DNA from: Bacteroidota bacterium
GTDB taxonomy: Bacteria > Bacteroidota > Bacteroidia > NS11-12g > UBA955
Length of the DNA stretch: 64,000 bases
Direction of reading: 5' to 3'
Assembly (NCBI GenBank): GCA_030830065.1
Contig: JAURNR010000013.1
Coordinates: 791-64,790, forward strand
Shown here: positions 1 to 9,673 of the stretch, in pieces
Layout of the letters: every line of letters begins with the position of its first letter
How positions within the stretch are numbered: position 1 is the stretch's first letter
Position numbers and translations under genes: made by a program
The notes under the pieces: generated by a model
Databases searched by the model: none
Told to the model about the DNA's origin: nothing
The model's input: only the letters and a program-made list of their open reading frames with translations

Positions 1-1174
1 CTTCAATTTGACCAGTTTGAGAAGTATTTTCTCTAGCGTCGTCAATGATATTTTCATCGTCAGATGCTAATGCAGCGTTTCCTTCACGGTCCTTTCTCAA
101 AAAATAAACGTAGTATTCATTCGCAGAACCTAAAGTTGAAGTTTGACCATCACTCTCGATTGGCTTCGCACTATATGCAATTTTTACATTTGGACCAAGT
201 AAGTTTTTAGTATCTTCTTGTTCAACCAAAGTTTCTAAAATACGACGATCTGCAGCATTGATCTTTGCAATTGCAGAACCCGCCTGTGCTAATGGAGTAA
301 GAATTTTAGCAATTGGATTGGTTACTACAGTGGCTGCTGCCGTTGAATCGATTGATGTTGAATCGGAAGTTGAGGTTGAATCAACCATTAACGCACCACC
401 TTTGGTTAGGGTAGTAAATATGCGTTGCGCTTCGTTTCCTGTGAATACTTCGTAAAATTCTAACTGTGCACTCTTTTCAACAAGATCCTCCATACGACGA
501 GGGTTGTCTACACCTGGCAGTTCAACACTGATACGTCCACCTTCAACCTCTTGAACAACAGGTTGTGTAACGTTAGCTTGGTTTATACGTTTCTCAACAA
601 CTGATTTTACATTTGATACAGCCGTTGCAATTGACGCTCTCAAATAATTAATAACATCTTGCTCCTTACTATTAGCTTGAATTTGTGAATTATTTCCTTT
701 CACAAACAATACGGCCATATTTCTATCTTTGGCCACTGACTTAAAGTTAGAAACAAAAGCCGTTACGTATTCAGTACCCTTGTCGCGCACTTCAATGTCG
801 GTAAGTTCTAAAGCCTTGATCATATCTTCATCAGAAGGATCATTTGCTAGAACCTTGATAATTGCATCTTTTTCTACTTCAAGTATTACGTTCATACCAC
901 CTCTTAGGTCGAGACCTAGGTTTAATTCACGTTGCTTACACTCGAAATAGCTGTAAGAAGCCATTCCCAGAAAGCTGTAATATTCTTGATTTCCTAAACT
1001 GTCAATGTATCGACGATACATTTCTTTCTCGCTTTGCCCTAATTTGGCTTTAGTAACCGCAAATTCCTGAGCCTCATTTTCGAATGCTCGGGCTTTAAAT
1101 GTAAAGGTCAACTGAAATAATGCAGCTAACGCTAAGATTACTGATAAAATGACAAGAGATTTATTGCTTTTCAT
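1..1174 (-). CDS. secDF: protein translocase subunit SecDF, N-terminal part (gene runs off the left edge of the window)
   Basis: Absent from the ORF track because it has no stop codon inside the window. My reverse-complement translation from the ATG at 1172-1174 gives MKSNKSLVILSVILALAALFQLTFTFKARAFENEAQEF...YSYFECKQRELNLGLDLRGGMNVILEV. That is a signal-anchor helix followed by the LGLDL(R/K)GGM motif of the SecD periplasmic domain. The frame appeared open to position 1 in a partial by-eye translation. Confidence 0.8.
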   Translation of the reverse strand, partial: MKSNKSLVILSVILALAALFQLTFTFKARAFENEAQEFAVTKAKLGQSEKEMYRRYIDSLGNQEYYSFLGMASYSYFECKQRELNLGLDLRGGMNVILEVEKDAIIKVLANDPSDEDMIKALELTDIEVRDKGTEYVTAFVSNFKSVAKDRNMAVLFVKGNNSQIQANSKEQDVINYLRASIATAVSNVKSVVEKRINQANVTQPVVQEVEGGRISVELPGVDNPRRMEDLVEKSAQLEFYEVFTGNEAQRIFTTLTKGGALMVDSTSTSDSTSIDSTAAATVVTNPIAKILTPLAQAGSAIAKINAADRRILETLVEQEDTKNLLGPNVKIAYSAKPIESDGQTSTLGSANEYYVYFLRKDREGNAALASDDENIIDDARENTSQTGQIE

Positions 1175-1246
1175 TTGATTACGTTTCTCGTTTGTAAAAG
1201 TTAAGTGCGCGAAATTAAGGAAAAAAAGTATGTTTTCCCTGTAATT

Positions 1247-2227
1247 TTAAGTGGATTCGAGGATTTTTTCAATCTCCACAAAAAGAGGATCGATATTCTG
1301 ATCCATCATACAGCGAAAGTGCCCTTTGGGACAATTGTCAAAACCTAATTTTGAACAAGGTCTACAACCGAGGTTACCGACTTCATAATGCCACACATTC
1401 CCAATGCCTTTAGCTGGGGCTAACATTCCCATTTCTGGAACTGTATTCCCCCAAAATACTGCAACCTGATTTCCTAGTGCTACAGCAATATGGTACATTC
1501 CTGTATCGGAGGATACTACAATATTGGCTCCTTGTATTAAATAAGCAGACTCAGGAATCGAAATCTGTCCAACAAGATTTACAACCTCCTTTACTGATTC
1601 ACATTTAGATACAACATTAGTAGCTGTTTCAACATCTTGAGTACCACCAATTAAAACCCAATTGTTATTCCCTTTATTTATAATCTCAATTATTTTAGAT
1701 TCCGGAATTTGTTTGGTTTTAAAACTTCCACCCAAGACTATAATGCCATAAGTTTTGGGTATTTGTACCTTTTTGGGTTCTGAAAAATTAAAATAATCTA
1801 AAGTCGGTGTAAAGCTTCGGCAATCCCCTAAAGAACAAATTGTATTCATTATTCGGTCCGTAATAGGTGTACACTTAAACAACGAACTATTCCTAAACAC
1901 AACCATCAAGGCCTTTCTGATATTTTGCTTATCCAATCTAGAAACTGGAACAAACCAATGACTAAAAAGTGCTTGTTTACTACGTAAGTTATTGTGAAGA
2001 TCAATAATAAAATCAAACTGTGAACTCTTCCAGATTTTCTTATCCTCCTCCTCATCCCATGCTAGAACTTTATCAATATTAGGATTCTCTTTTAACAAGC
2101 CGGTGAATCCTTTTTTGGTAAGAAATACGATTTCTACATCAGAAATATTTTCTTTCAGCCACCTCAATAATGGAGTACACAAGATGATGTCTCCAATACT
2201 ACTGAAACGAATAACGCCAATTTTCAT
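1247..2227 (-). CDS. glycosyltransferase family 9 protein (heptosyltransferase-like)
   Basis: 326-aa ORF. The N-terminus MKIGVIRFSSIGDIILCTPLLRWLK and the C-terminal Cys cluster GCRPCSKLGFDNCPKGHFRCM match the GT9 / ADP-heptose:LPS heptosyltransferase pattern. Confidence 0.75.
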   Translation of the reverse strand: MKIGVIRFSSIGDIILCTPLLRWLKENISDVEIVFLTKKGFTGLLKENPNIDKVLAWDEEEDKKIWKSSQFDFIIDLHNNLRSKQALFSHWFVPVSRLDKQNIRKALMVVFRNSSLFKCTPITDRIMNTICSLGDCRSFTPTLDYFNFSEPKKVQIPKTYGIIVLGGSFKTKQIPESKIIEIINKGNNNWVLIGGTQDVETATNVVSKCESVKEVVNLVGQISIPESAYLIQGANIVVSSDTGMYHIAVALGNQVAVFWGNTVPEMGMLAPAKGIGNVWHYEVGNLGCRPCSKLGFDNCPKGHFRCMMDQNIDPLFVEIEKILEST

Positions 2228-2232
2228 ACTTC

Positions 2233-3882
2233 CTAAGGGTGTCTTTTATTAAGATACGATTGAAACTCTTCCAATCCTAAAGCGTTTAAGGTGTTACTTG
2301 TGATTAGACCACCTTTCCTGGCTGCCAAAACTCCAAAATACATATCATGATAACCAGATTTTTCATGCGCATCTGGATTTATCGAAATCATAACCCCTTT
2401 ATTCTGAGCATAATAAATCCATCTCCAATCTATATCCAAACGGTAGGGATGTGCATTTAATTCGATGGCTACCCCATTATCTGCACATGCATCAATAATG
2501 TACTCGTGATTTATTGGGTACCCTTCTCTCATTAAGAGAAGCCTACCGGTCATATGGCCTAAAATGGTGGTGTATGGGTTTTCAATAGCTGTTTTCAACC
2601 TGAGATGAGCTTTTGTCTCATCCATTTTCAAGCCTGAATGGACTGAGGCAACAACAAAATCGAGTTGATTTAATACTTCATTCGGATAATCAAGGCTTCC
2701 GTCTGAAAGTATATCACTTTCAACACCCTTAAAAATTTTAAATCCTGTATAACTCCTGTTTAATTCGTTTATCTCTTGTGTTTGCTTTAATAAGCGTTCA
2801 ACGGACAAACCATTTGCATAGCCCGCTGATTTACTATGATCGCAAATACCTAAATATTCAAACTTCTCGGAACAGGCGTAATCTGCCATCTCCTTCAAGG
2901 TATTTAAACCATCACTATAGGTGGTGTGATTGTGTAATACTCCTTTTAATTGCCAATACTCAATTCTATTTTCATGAGGAAAATCTTCTTTTAATTCGTT
3001 TAACCCTTCCCTAAGCTCTGGGGCTATATATGGCAAACCCAGCTCTTGATAATAAACTTTTTCAGTTTCAAATGGTTCTTGGGAATCGTAAGAAATATCT
3101 TTTAAGTGCTCCCATGACCCTGTTGTTTCAAACCATTTTCTGTCAAAATCATACTCCTCAATGATAATTGAAACAGGGTACTGCCCCATTAAAGTAGTTT
3201 GAATTTCTTCCTCGCTTTCCAACTCAATCGGATATTTATTATGCGTTAGATATTCCATTAATTCAGAATACTTGCAATCAACAATTATTTCTATTCGCTC
3301 TATTATCTCTGAAGTTCTTCTATAATCACCAGTAAACTCTATTCGAGCATTTGGAATAATTTGTTTTAACGTATTTAAAAACTCTTGTGCAATAGGCTCA
3401 ATTCTTGCAAAATGCCATTTACCATCAGCGGCCATAGCAAACTCAATTGATCTGATAATTTCAGACTGAGTTTTAATCCCAAAACCTTTGGTTTCGACTA
3501 GGCGATTTTGACGGCAAGAATCCAATAATTCACCGGGTGACTCTATTCCTAATTCTTTCCATATAAGCTGTACTTTTTTTGGGCCTAGGCCCTTGATTTT
3601 TAGAATCTGAACAACTCCTTCAGGCGTAGCGTTTAATAAATTATTGAGTTCTTGAAAAACTCCATTCTCTAAAATATCTCTAATTGCTGACACTACTGAT
3701 TTACCAACACCTGGGATCGCAAGTAACTCATCATCTCCCAAATCTTTGTAATCAGTATGGATTTTTTTAAGATTAAAGGCGGCACTAGAAAATGCGCGAA
3801 ACTTAAATGGATTTTCTCCATGTAGTTCAGCCAGTTTAGCGTATAAACTAAGTAAAGAATTAACGGTTGAATTATCTATCAA
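2233..3882 (-). CDS. polX: PolX-family protein (Pol beta-like N-terminal half plus C-terminal PHP phosphoesterase domain)
   Basis: 549 aa. Helix-hairpin-helix motifs (AIPGVGKSV, IKGLGPKKV) are followed by a GDYRR palm-like segment. PHP metal-ligand motifs are present: LHNHTTYSDG, ICDHS, GVESD, ASVHS, LGHMTGR, IELNA, NPDAH. Confidence 0.8.
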   Translation of the reverse strand: MIDNSTVNSLLSLYAKLAELHGENPFKFRAFSSAAFNLKKIHTDYKDLGDDELLAIPGVGKSVVSAIRDILENGVFQELNNLLNATPEGVVQILKIKGLGPKKVQLIWKELGIESPGELLDSCRQNRLVETKGFGIKTQSEIIRSIEFAMAADGKWHFARIEPIAQEFLNTLKQIIPNARIEFTGDYRRTSEIIERIEIIVDCKYSELMEYLTHNKYPIELESEEEIQTTLMGQYPVSIIIEEYDFDRKWFETTGSWEHLKDISYDSQEPFETEKVYYQELGLPYIAPELREGLNELKEDFPHENRIEYWQLKGVLHNHTTYSDGLNTLKEMADYACSEKFEYLGICDHSKSAGYANGLSVERLLKQTQEINELNRSYTGFKIFKGVESDILSDGSLDYPNEVLNQLDFVVASVHSGLKMDETKAHLRLKTAIENPYTTILGHMTGRLLLMREGYPINHEYIIDACADNGVAIELNAHPYRLDIDWRWIYYAQNKGVMISINPDAHEKSGYHDMYFGVLAARKGGLITSNTLNALGLEEFQSYLNKRHP

Positions 3883-4357
3883 TCTGTTTATTATTATTTA
3901 ATACAAAAGTTTCGATCTCACCATATTTTAATGCGTCGTCAAAGTCAACCCAAATTACGGTATCCGGGATACCACTTTTAAGATACATTATATTTTTTGG
4001 ACCTCCTGTTTTAGTATCTACTAATACCTCTATCCCCAAAATTTCTAGTTCTCGCCCTTCAAATGCATTCGGTAATTCAGCCGCATCAAAATCACCTCGA
4101 AAGAAATATCGATAGAATCCATTTCCTGTAGCACTATCATAGGTGGGATATTTCATAGAAAATGAATCTAGAGGTAATGGGTCTGGATCCCATCTAGTTT
4201 TCCTGAAGATATCTAAATATGCAAAGACTTCGGCTCCGTTAGATTTACCAATTACGGCAGTATCGCCAGTGCCTATTTCCATTTCCACTTTTTGTTGCGC
4301 CTTTAAACTAGGAGAAACAGACATGAACCATACCAACAATATTAAAAGTCTACCCAT
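3872..4357 (-). CDS. hypothetical secreted protein
   Basis: 161-aa ORF with signal peptide MGRLLILLVWFMSVSPSLKAQ. Its stop overlaps the polX start by 11 nt. I recognise no family. Confidence 0.5.
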   Translation of the reverse strand: MGRLLILLVWFMSVSPSLKAQQKVEMEIGTGDTAVIGKSNGAEVFAYLDIFRKTRWDPDPLPLDSFSMKYPTYDSATGNGFYRYFFRGDFDAAELPNAFEGRELEILGIEVLVDTKTGGPKNIMYLKSGIPDTVIWVDFDDALKYGEIETFVLNNNKQIDR

Positions 4358-4436
4358 TTTATAATCAGTGAATTTAAAAAATCTTTGTGTAAAAGTAAAG
4401 TAGCTCTGACTAGTGATAAGTTATATGAGTTGCCTA

Positions 4437-4455
4437 ATTTGCATTTTCTGCAAAT
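4437..4455 (-). terminator. weak hairpin downstream of purL (possible terminator or operator)
   Basis: ATTTGCA-TTTTC-TGCAAAT is a perfect 7-bp inverted repeat 11 nt past the purL stop. It is AT-rich and has no clear U-tract on the minus strand. Confidence 0.25.
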
Positions 4456-4465
4456 CTCGGTCTAA

Positions 4466-6685
4466 TTAAGACTCAATAGTACTCCCGATAGAAGAACTGT
4501 AAAGAGACTTAAACTCATCAATACTTCCCCAAGAATTGCCATTCACTATTATATCATCATTGGTTACTGTTCCGATGTGAATTACAGGAAGTTCAAATTG
4601 TTCAGCAAGAGCAACTAAGTCCTTCTTATGGGTTTCATTGATCGAAACTAAAACACGACTCTGAGACTCACCAAAAAGCCAAGAATCATTCCTATATGCA
4701 GGATTACTGCACAAACTGAAGCCTTTGTTTCCAGCCATTGCACTTTCAGCACAAGCTACCATTAAACCTCCTTCACTCAAGTCATGAACTGACTTCGCCA
4801 TTTTACTCTTTGAAAGAGCTTCCAAAAACTGATGTAGTTTGTATTCAATATCTAAGTCAAATTCAGGACAATTTGAATATTCAACACCTTTGATTTTTGC
4901 TAAATATTGAGAACTTCCAAGATCGTTACACAATGGGCCGATAAGAAGTATGGAGTCACCTTCGTCTTTAAAATTCATACTCATTACCTGGTCTTGGTTT
5001 TCAATAATTCCTACCATTCCAATTGTTGGGGTTGGGTAGACTGCATGCCCATTTGTACTTTGATTGTAAAAACTAACATTACCACCCGTAACAGGTGTAT
5101 CAAATTTCCGACACGCAACACCCATTCCTTCAATAGCGGATTTAAATTGAAAGTAAACTTCTTCGTTGTAGGGATTACCAAAATTCAAACAATTAGTAAT
5201 TGCAGTTGGCACACCGCCAGTAACACGGATATTTCTAGCTGCCTCACTCACTGCAATTTGGGTTCCTTTATGTGGATTGGCATAAATATACCGGCTATTA
5301 CAATCTACTGTTAATGCCAAACTTTTTGCTGTTCCTTTAACTTTTACAACAGCGGCATCGGTTGGCTTATTTGTAGATTGATTAACAGTACCAACCATAC
5401 TATCATATTGCTGATATACCCATTGTTTACTCGCTATATTTGGTAACTGCAATATTTTCTTTGTGGTAGACTCCCACTCTTCTTCATCTAAATCTTGAAT
5501 ATTGTTTAGGTCAAATTTTTCAATTTCGGAGAAATAGGCAGGTTCTTTCCATGTTCTGTTATATACAGGTGCACCGCCACCTAAAACTAAAGATTGCGCA
5601 GGAATATCTGCCTCTAATTCACCATTCATGTAGTAACGAACATTACCACTATCTGTAACTTCGCCTATATGAGCATAAGTAAGGTCCCACTTTTCAAATA
5701 TTTTTTCAATCTCTGATTCCTTACCCTTCTCTACAATTACCAACATTCGTTCTTGGCTTTCACTCAGTAATAATTCCCATCCTTTCATATCGGATTGGCG
5801 CATTGGAACTTTATCTAGATAAATATCCATCCCAACATTAGTTTTTGCACTCATCTCACTAGTACTGCAAGTGATACCCGCAGCTCCCATATCCTGCATA
5901 CCGACAACTGAGCCAGTTTCAATAATTTCCATGGATGCCTCAAGAATAAGCTTTTCCCAGAATGGATCTCCAACTTGAACAGAAGGCAAATCATTAATAC
6001 TGTCTTCGCTCATATCCTTACTTGCAAAAGCCGCACCATGGATTCCATCCTTTCCTGTGGCTGAACCAAAAATATAAACCGGATTTCCAGGTTGCCCTGC
6101 TCCTGCAGAAATATTCTTTCCTACTTCAACAATTCCTACGCTCATTGCATTAACAAGAATATTTTGCTCATAACAGTCATCAAAATAAACCTCTCCACCT
6201 ACGGTAGGGATACCAAAAGCATTACCATAGTCGCCGATACCTTTAACAACACCTTTTACTAACCACTTGGTCCTTTCCGAATCAATATTTCCAAATCTCA
6301 AAGAGTTTAATTGAGCTATTGGGCGAGCTCCCATAGAGAATATATCTCTATTGATTCCACCTACTCCAGTGGCAGCTCCTTGATAGGGTTCAATTGCGCT
6401 TGGATGATTATGACTTTCAATTTTGAAACAACATGCCAACCCGTCACCGATATCTACTAATCCAGCATTTTCCTCTCCCGCCTCAGCTAACATCTTAGTT
6501 CCCTCTTTAGGAAGGGTTTTCAACCAAACGATTGAATTTTTATAACTACAGTGCTCACTCCACATCACAGAAAAAATTGATAATTCTGTAAAATTTGGTT
6601 CACGACCTAAAATGTCGCAAATGTGATCATATTCTTCAGCAAGCAGACCTAATTGCTGAGCTTGCTCTAGTAAAGAGGAATTCAT
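4466..6685 (-). CDS. purL: phosphoribosylformylglycinamidine synthase subunit PurL
   Basis: 739 aa. Typical small-PurL motifs are present: [47 protein letters not shown]. Confidence 0.95.
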   Translation of the reverse strand: MNSSLLEQAQQLGLLAEEYDHICDILGREPNFTELSIFSVMWSEHCSYKNSIVWLKTLPKEGTKMLAEAGEENAGLVDIGDGLACCFKIESHNHPSAIEPYQGAATGVGGINRDIFSMGARPIAQLNSLRFGNIDSERTKWLVKGVVKGIGDYGNAFGIPTVGGEVYFDDCYEQNILVNAMSVGIVEVGKNISAGAGQPGNPVYIFGSATGKDGIHGAAFASKDMSEDSINDLPSVQVGDPFWEKLILEASMEIIETGSVVGMQDMGAAGITCSTSEMSAKTNVGMDIYLDKVPMRQSDMKGWELLLSESQERMLVIVEKGKESEIEKIFEKWDLTYAHIGEVTDSGNVRYYMNGELEADIPAQSLVLGGGAPVYNRTWKEPAYFSEIEKFDLNNIQDLDEEEWESTTKKILQLPNIASKQWVYQQYDSMVGTVNQSTNKPTDAAVVKVKGTAKSLALTVDCNSRYIYANPHKGTQIAVSEAARNIRVTGGVPTAITNCLNFGNPYNEEVYFQFKSAIEGMGVACRKFDTPVTGGNVSFYNQSTNGHAVYPTPTIGMVGIIENQDQVMSMNFKDEGDSILLIGPLCNDLGSSQYLAKIKGVEYSNCPEFDLDIEYKLHQFLEALSKSKMAKSVHDLSEGGLMVACAESAMAGNKGFSLCSNPAYRNDSWLFGESQSRVLVSINETHKKDLVALAEQFELPVIHIGTVTNDDIIVNGNSWGSIDEFKSLYSSSIGSTIES

Positions 6686-6690
6686 TAGTG

Positions 6691-6698
6691 CAAAAATA
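6691..6698 (-). promoter_or_regulatory. Bacteroidota -7 promoter box (TATTTTTG on minus strand) upstream of purL
   Basis: Plus-strand CAAAAATA is an exact match to TAnnTTTG on the coding strand, with only 5 nt between the box and the purL ATG. Confidence 0.4.
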
Positions 6699-6741
6699 AG
6701 TTCTTCAAGTCAGAACTCAGACCTAAAATATTGCTTAGTTA

Positions 6742-8880
6742 CTAACGCAGTAATAACACTGCACCTTTTACGGTTTTTCTTCGGTATCGATCACCTACTT
6801 TTTGTTGATATCTGTAAATAAACGGGTATAAACCTCCCTGACATAATTCTCCATTGGCATCACCATACCATTTATAGTCACCCGATCTTTCGCTATCAAA
6901 GATTAATTCGCCCCATCTATTAAAAATCTGCAAAAGTACCGGTTCAATGTCTCTACCAAGAATTTCGAAATACTCATTGCGTCCATCTCCATTTGGAGTA
7001 AAGGCATTTGGCATAAAAATATCACAATAACCATCTGAAACAATAACTTCCATGACATCTCCGGCAGTACCACAAAAGTTAGATACTGCAACCGAATAAA
7101 AACCCGGTTCAGTGACATAAATTACAGTATCATTACTTCCATTAGACCATGTAATAGTGGCATTTGGCCAGTATTGTTTTAGTTGCAAAATTTGACCTTT
7201 ACAAATCAATGTGTCCTCCGGTAGATTCGCAATTGGTGTTAGCTCATAACCGACATTAATTGTATCTCTGCTAATACAACCTAAATTATCAACTTCAGCC
7301 CAATATAATCCTGGTTGATCAATAGGCCTTGGATTATCTGTACCACCATCTTCCCATTGCAATGTACCTGGTGCAGTAACTGCAAGTTGAAAATTATCGT
7401 TATCGCAAATAATGGTATCCCTACCTAGAGAAAATTTTGGTTTTTCATAAACAATAATTGTTTGTTCTGAAGAATCTTTACAAAACGAATCGTTCACAAC
7501 ATATTTTACTGTATGTGTTCCAAATGTTCCAGGTTGGTATAAAAATCCTGAAAAAGTTCCCGATGTACTTGAAAATGTACCATTGGGATCAGCGGGATTC
7601 AACAATGCTGAATTTCCACCTTCACAGGTAGTGCCAGGCAAGCCAGTAAAAGAAGGATCAACATTTGGTTTCACATTTATATAAACTGTATCTTTCGATT
7701 TACAGCCTTCAGGACTTTCCGCCTCATGGATTATAGGATAAACACCAACAGCCGAATAAGAGTGCGTAATTTGCTTTAATACTGAGGTTGTGCCGTCACC
7801 TAAATCCCATGAAAACTTGGTTAAACCAGGAAATACATTATCGAAAATAAAAGAATTTGAACTAAAGCATTGTATCGAATCGTTGATATCAATACCACTT
7901 GAAGGATTATCGATTACACGTATGTATAATGATGCTGTATCATCACAACCCGTTCTTACATTATCGTAATATGTTTCTGCACGATATCCAATTTTATAAA
8001 TGCCTGGATTCGGAAATGATTTTACTGGCCTTGGCAATGTTGACGAATCAGAAGGAGTCCAATACCATGTTCGTGTGTAAGCAATTTTAGGAAGATTGAT
8101 TAACGATGTATTATCTGCAAATTGAAATAAATTACCCTCCAGACATTGAGCAAGTTGGTTATTTTTTTCTATGGGCCTACTAATTGGTCTAGGAATAATT
8201 TTAACCGGCTTATCATTTTTGGTGTAATTATCGGTACATCCGTAACTTGGAGCAGCCACGAGCATTACTTGATAATTCCCTCCTTCATTGTAAGTGTAGG
8301 TAATATCTTTACCTTGTTTTGTGTTACCATCTTTTAGAACCCAAGTGTAGGTAATTCCAGAAAAGTTTGTTTTTGATTTATTGGTAAATGTTACCGTATT
8401 AGTTTTACTACAGCTATCATCAATAACAAAATCAAAATCAAGTTCAATATTATACGTAGTAAAAGAGAAAGAGGCATAAGAACTAGTAAGATAATCAGGG
8501 CTCGAGGCACCATCATGTTCAAATATGCTTACATAATAAGTAGTATTGGGCTTTAAGTTCTTTAATTCAAAATTGGTGGTAATGTTGTTATAAGAAACAT
8601 AATTTCCGGATCCAATTTCATCACCTGCAGTAAAATCAGAAAAGGCGGTATAATTTGTACCGTCAACAGGAACCTCATCTACCGCTGAACCCTCTTTTAC
8701 TATTGCCATTCTCCAACCTCCATCGCCATTAGTCCAGCTGATTACCGCAGAAACACAAGTAATTGTGCCTGCTTTTGGGTTAGAGGGTGCTGATGTAGGC
8801 TCACCTGCTTTTAATGCAAATGCACTAACAAAAAACACTAAATAGAGTACCCATTTTCTCAGCATCACACAAATATACAA
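6742..8880 (-). CDS. T9SS type B C-terminal-domain surface protein (FN3-like and PKD-like repeats)
   Basis: 712 aa. A signal peptide (start probably MLRKW.. at 8865) is followed by an FN3-like N-terminus (ISWTNGDG...NLKPNTTYYV) and PKD-like repeats. The C-terminus FMPNAFTPNGDGRNEYFEI...LLLR matches the gliding-motility-associated (type B) sorting domain. Confidence 0.85.
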   Translation of the reverse strand: MYICVMLRKWVLYLVFFVSAFALKAGEPTSAPSNPKAGTITCVSAVISWTNGDGGWRMAIVKEGSAVDEVPVDGTNYTAFSDFTAGDEIGSGNYVSYNNITTNFELKNLKPNTTYYVSIFEHDGASSPDYLTSSYASFSFTTYNIELDFDFVIDDSCSKTNTVTFTNKSKTNFSGITYTWVLKDGNTKQGKDITYTYNEGGNYQVMLVAAPSYGCTDNYTKNDKPVKIIPRPISRPIEKNNQLAQCLEGNLFQFADNTSLINLPKIAYTRTWYWTPSDSSTLPRPVKSFPNPGIYKIGYRAETYYDNVRTGCDDTASLYIRVIDNPSSGIDINDSIQCFSSNSFIFDNVFPGLTKFSWDLGDGTTSVLKQITHSYSAVGVYPIIHEAESPEGCKSKDTVYINVKPNVDPSFTGLPGTTCEGGNSALLNPADPNGTFSSTSGTFSGFLYQPGTFGTHTVKYVVNDSFCKDSSEQTIIVYEKPKFSLGRDTIICDNDNFQLAVTAPGTLQWEDGGTDNPRPIDQPGLYWAEVDNLGCISRDTINVGYELTPIANLPEDTLICKGQILQLKQYWPNATITWSNGSNDTVIYVTEPGFYSVAVSNFCGTAGDVMEVIVSDGYCDIFMPNAFTPNGDGRNEYFEILGRDIEPVLLQIFNRWGELIFDSERSGDYKWYGDANGELCQGGLYPFIYRYQQKVGDRYRRKTVKGAVLLLR

Positions 8881-8925
8881 TTTCCTTATTTCTTTAGACA
8901 GGAAAACCCTTTAAAATGTGGTATT

Positions 8926-9651
8926 TCAATTGGGAAATATTATCTCTCTACTATCGATTAATGGCTTATTCATTAATCGTAGGAATAATTGACACAAAGT
9001 AACAACATCCTTAAGGCAATATTGTTCAATCCTTTGGAGATCCTTATCGTTGTAATAAACATCTGCCACCATTGACCCATCAATATCATCTTTTGGTGTT
9101 GGAATCCCGAATAAGTTTGCCAATAATTCAAGCGATGTGTAACTCTTGTAATCTCCAAATTTCCAAAGTTCCATTGTATCTAGATGATTTATTTCCCAAG
9201 GTTTCTTACCGGCATTATCAAGCAGCAACGGCAATTCCACCCCATTTACTAGCATCCTTCTAGACAAATAAGGAAAATCAAATTCTTTTCCATTATGAGC
9301 ACATAACTTTGAACGATCAGTACTAAAATAAACTTTGAGTAGTTGAGCGAAATCTTTCAATAACTTTTTCTCATCATCTCCAGTAAATGCTTTTAATCGC
9401 AATTTTGGCGAATCGGGGAACCCCGTAATAATACCAACACAAATGCACACAATCTTTCCAAACTCTGCATAAATTGCAGATCTGTCGTACATGTCTGAAG
9501 GAGTAATATTTTCCTTAACTAATAATTTAGATTTCTTATCCCACAAATACTTCCAATCCTTAGGCATAGCTTTATAAGACGGGTATGCTGGGACTGTTTC
9601 TATGTCTAGAAATAAGATCTTATTAAAATCGATATTTTGAAGCATTTGCAT
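8926..9651 (-). CDS. stand-alone 3'-5' exonuclease, PolB-exonuclease-like (RNase H fold)
   Basis: Exo I ILFLDIETVP, Exo II AHNGKEFDFPYL and Exo III YCLKDVVTL are all present. The track ORF starts at a TTG (9681) that lies inside a TAACTTTG -7 box, so I prefer the ATG at 9651 (MQMLQNIDF..). Confidence 0.7.
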   Translation of the reverse strand: MQMLQNIDFNKILFLDIETVPAYPSYKAMPKDWKYLWDKKSKLLVKENITPSDMYDRSAIYAEFGKIVCICVGIITGFPDSPKLRLKAFTGDDEKKLLKDFAQLLKVYFSTDRSKLCAHNGKEFDFPYLSRRMLVNGVELPLLLDNAGKKPWEINHLDTMELWKFGDYKSYTSLELLANLFGIPTPKDDIDGSMVADVYYNDKDLQRIEQYCLKDVVTLCQLFLRLMNKPLIDSREIIFPN

Positions 9652-9673
9652 CAAAGAATATACGTTACAAGTA

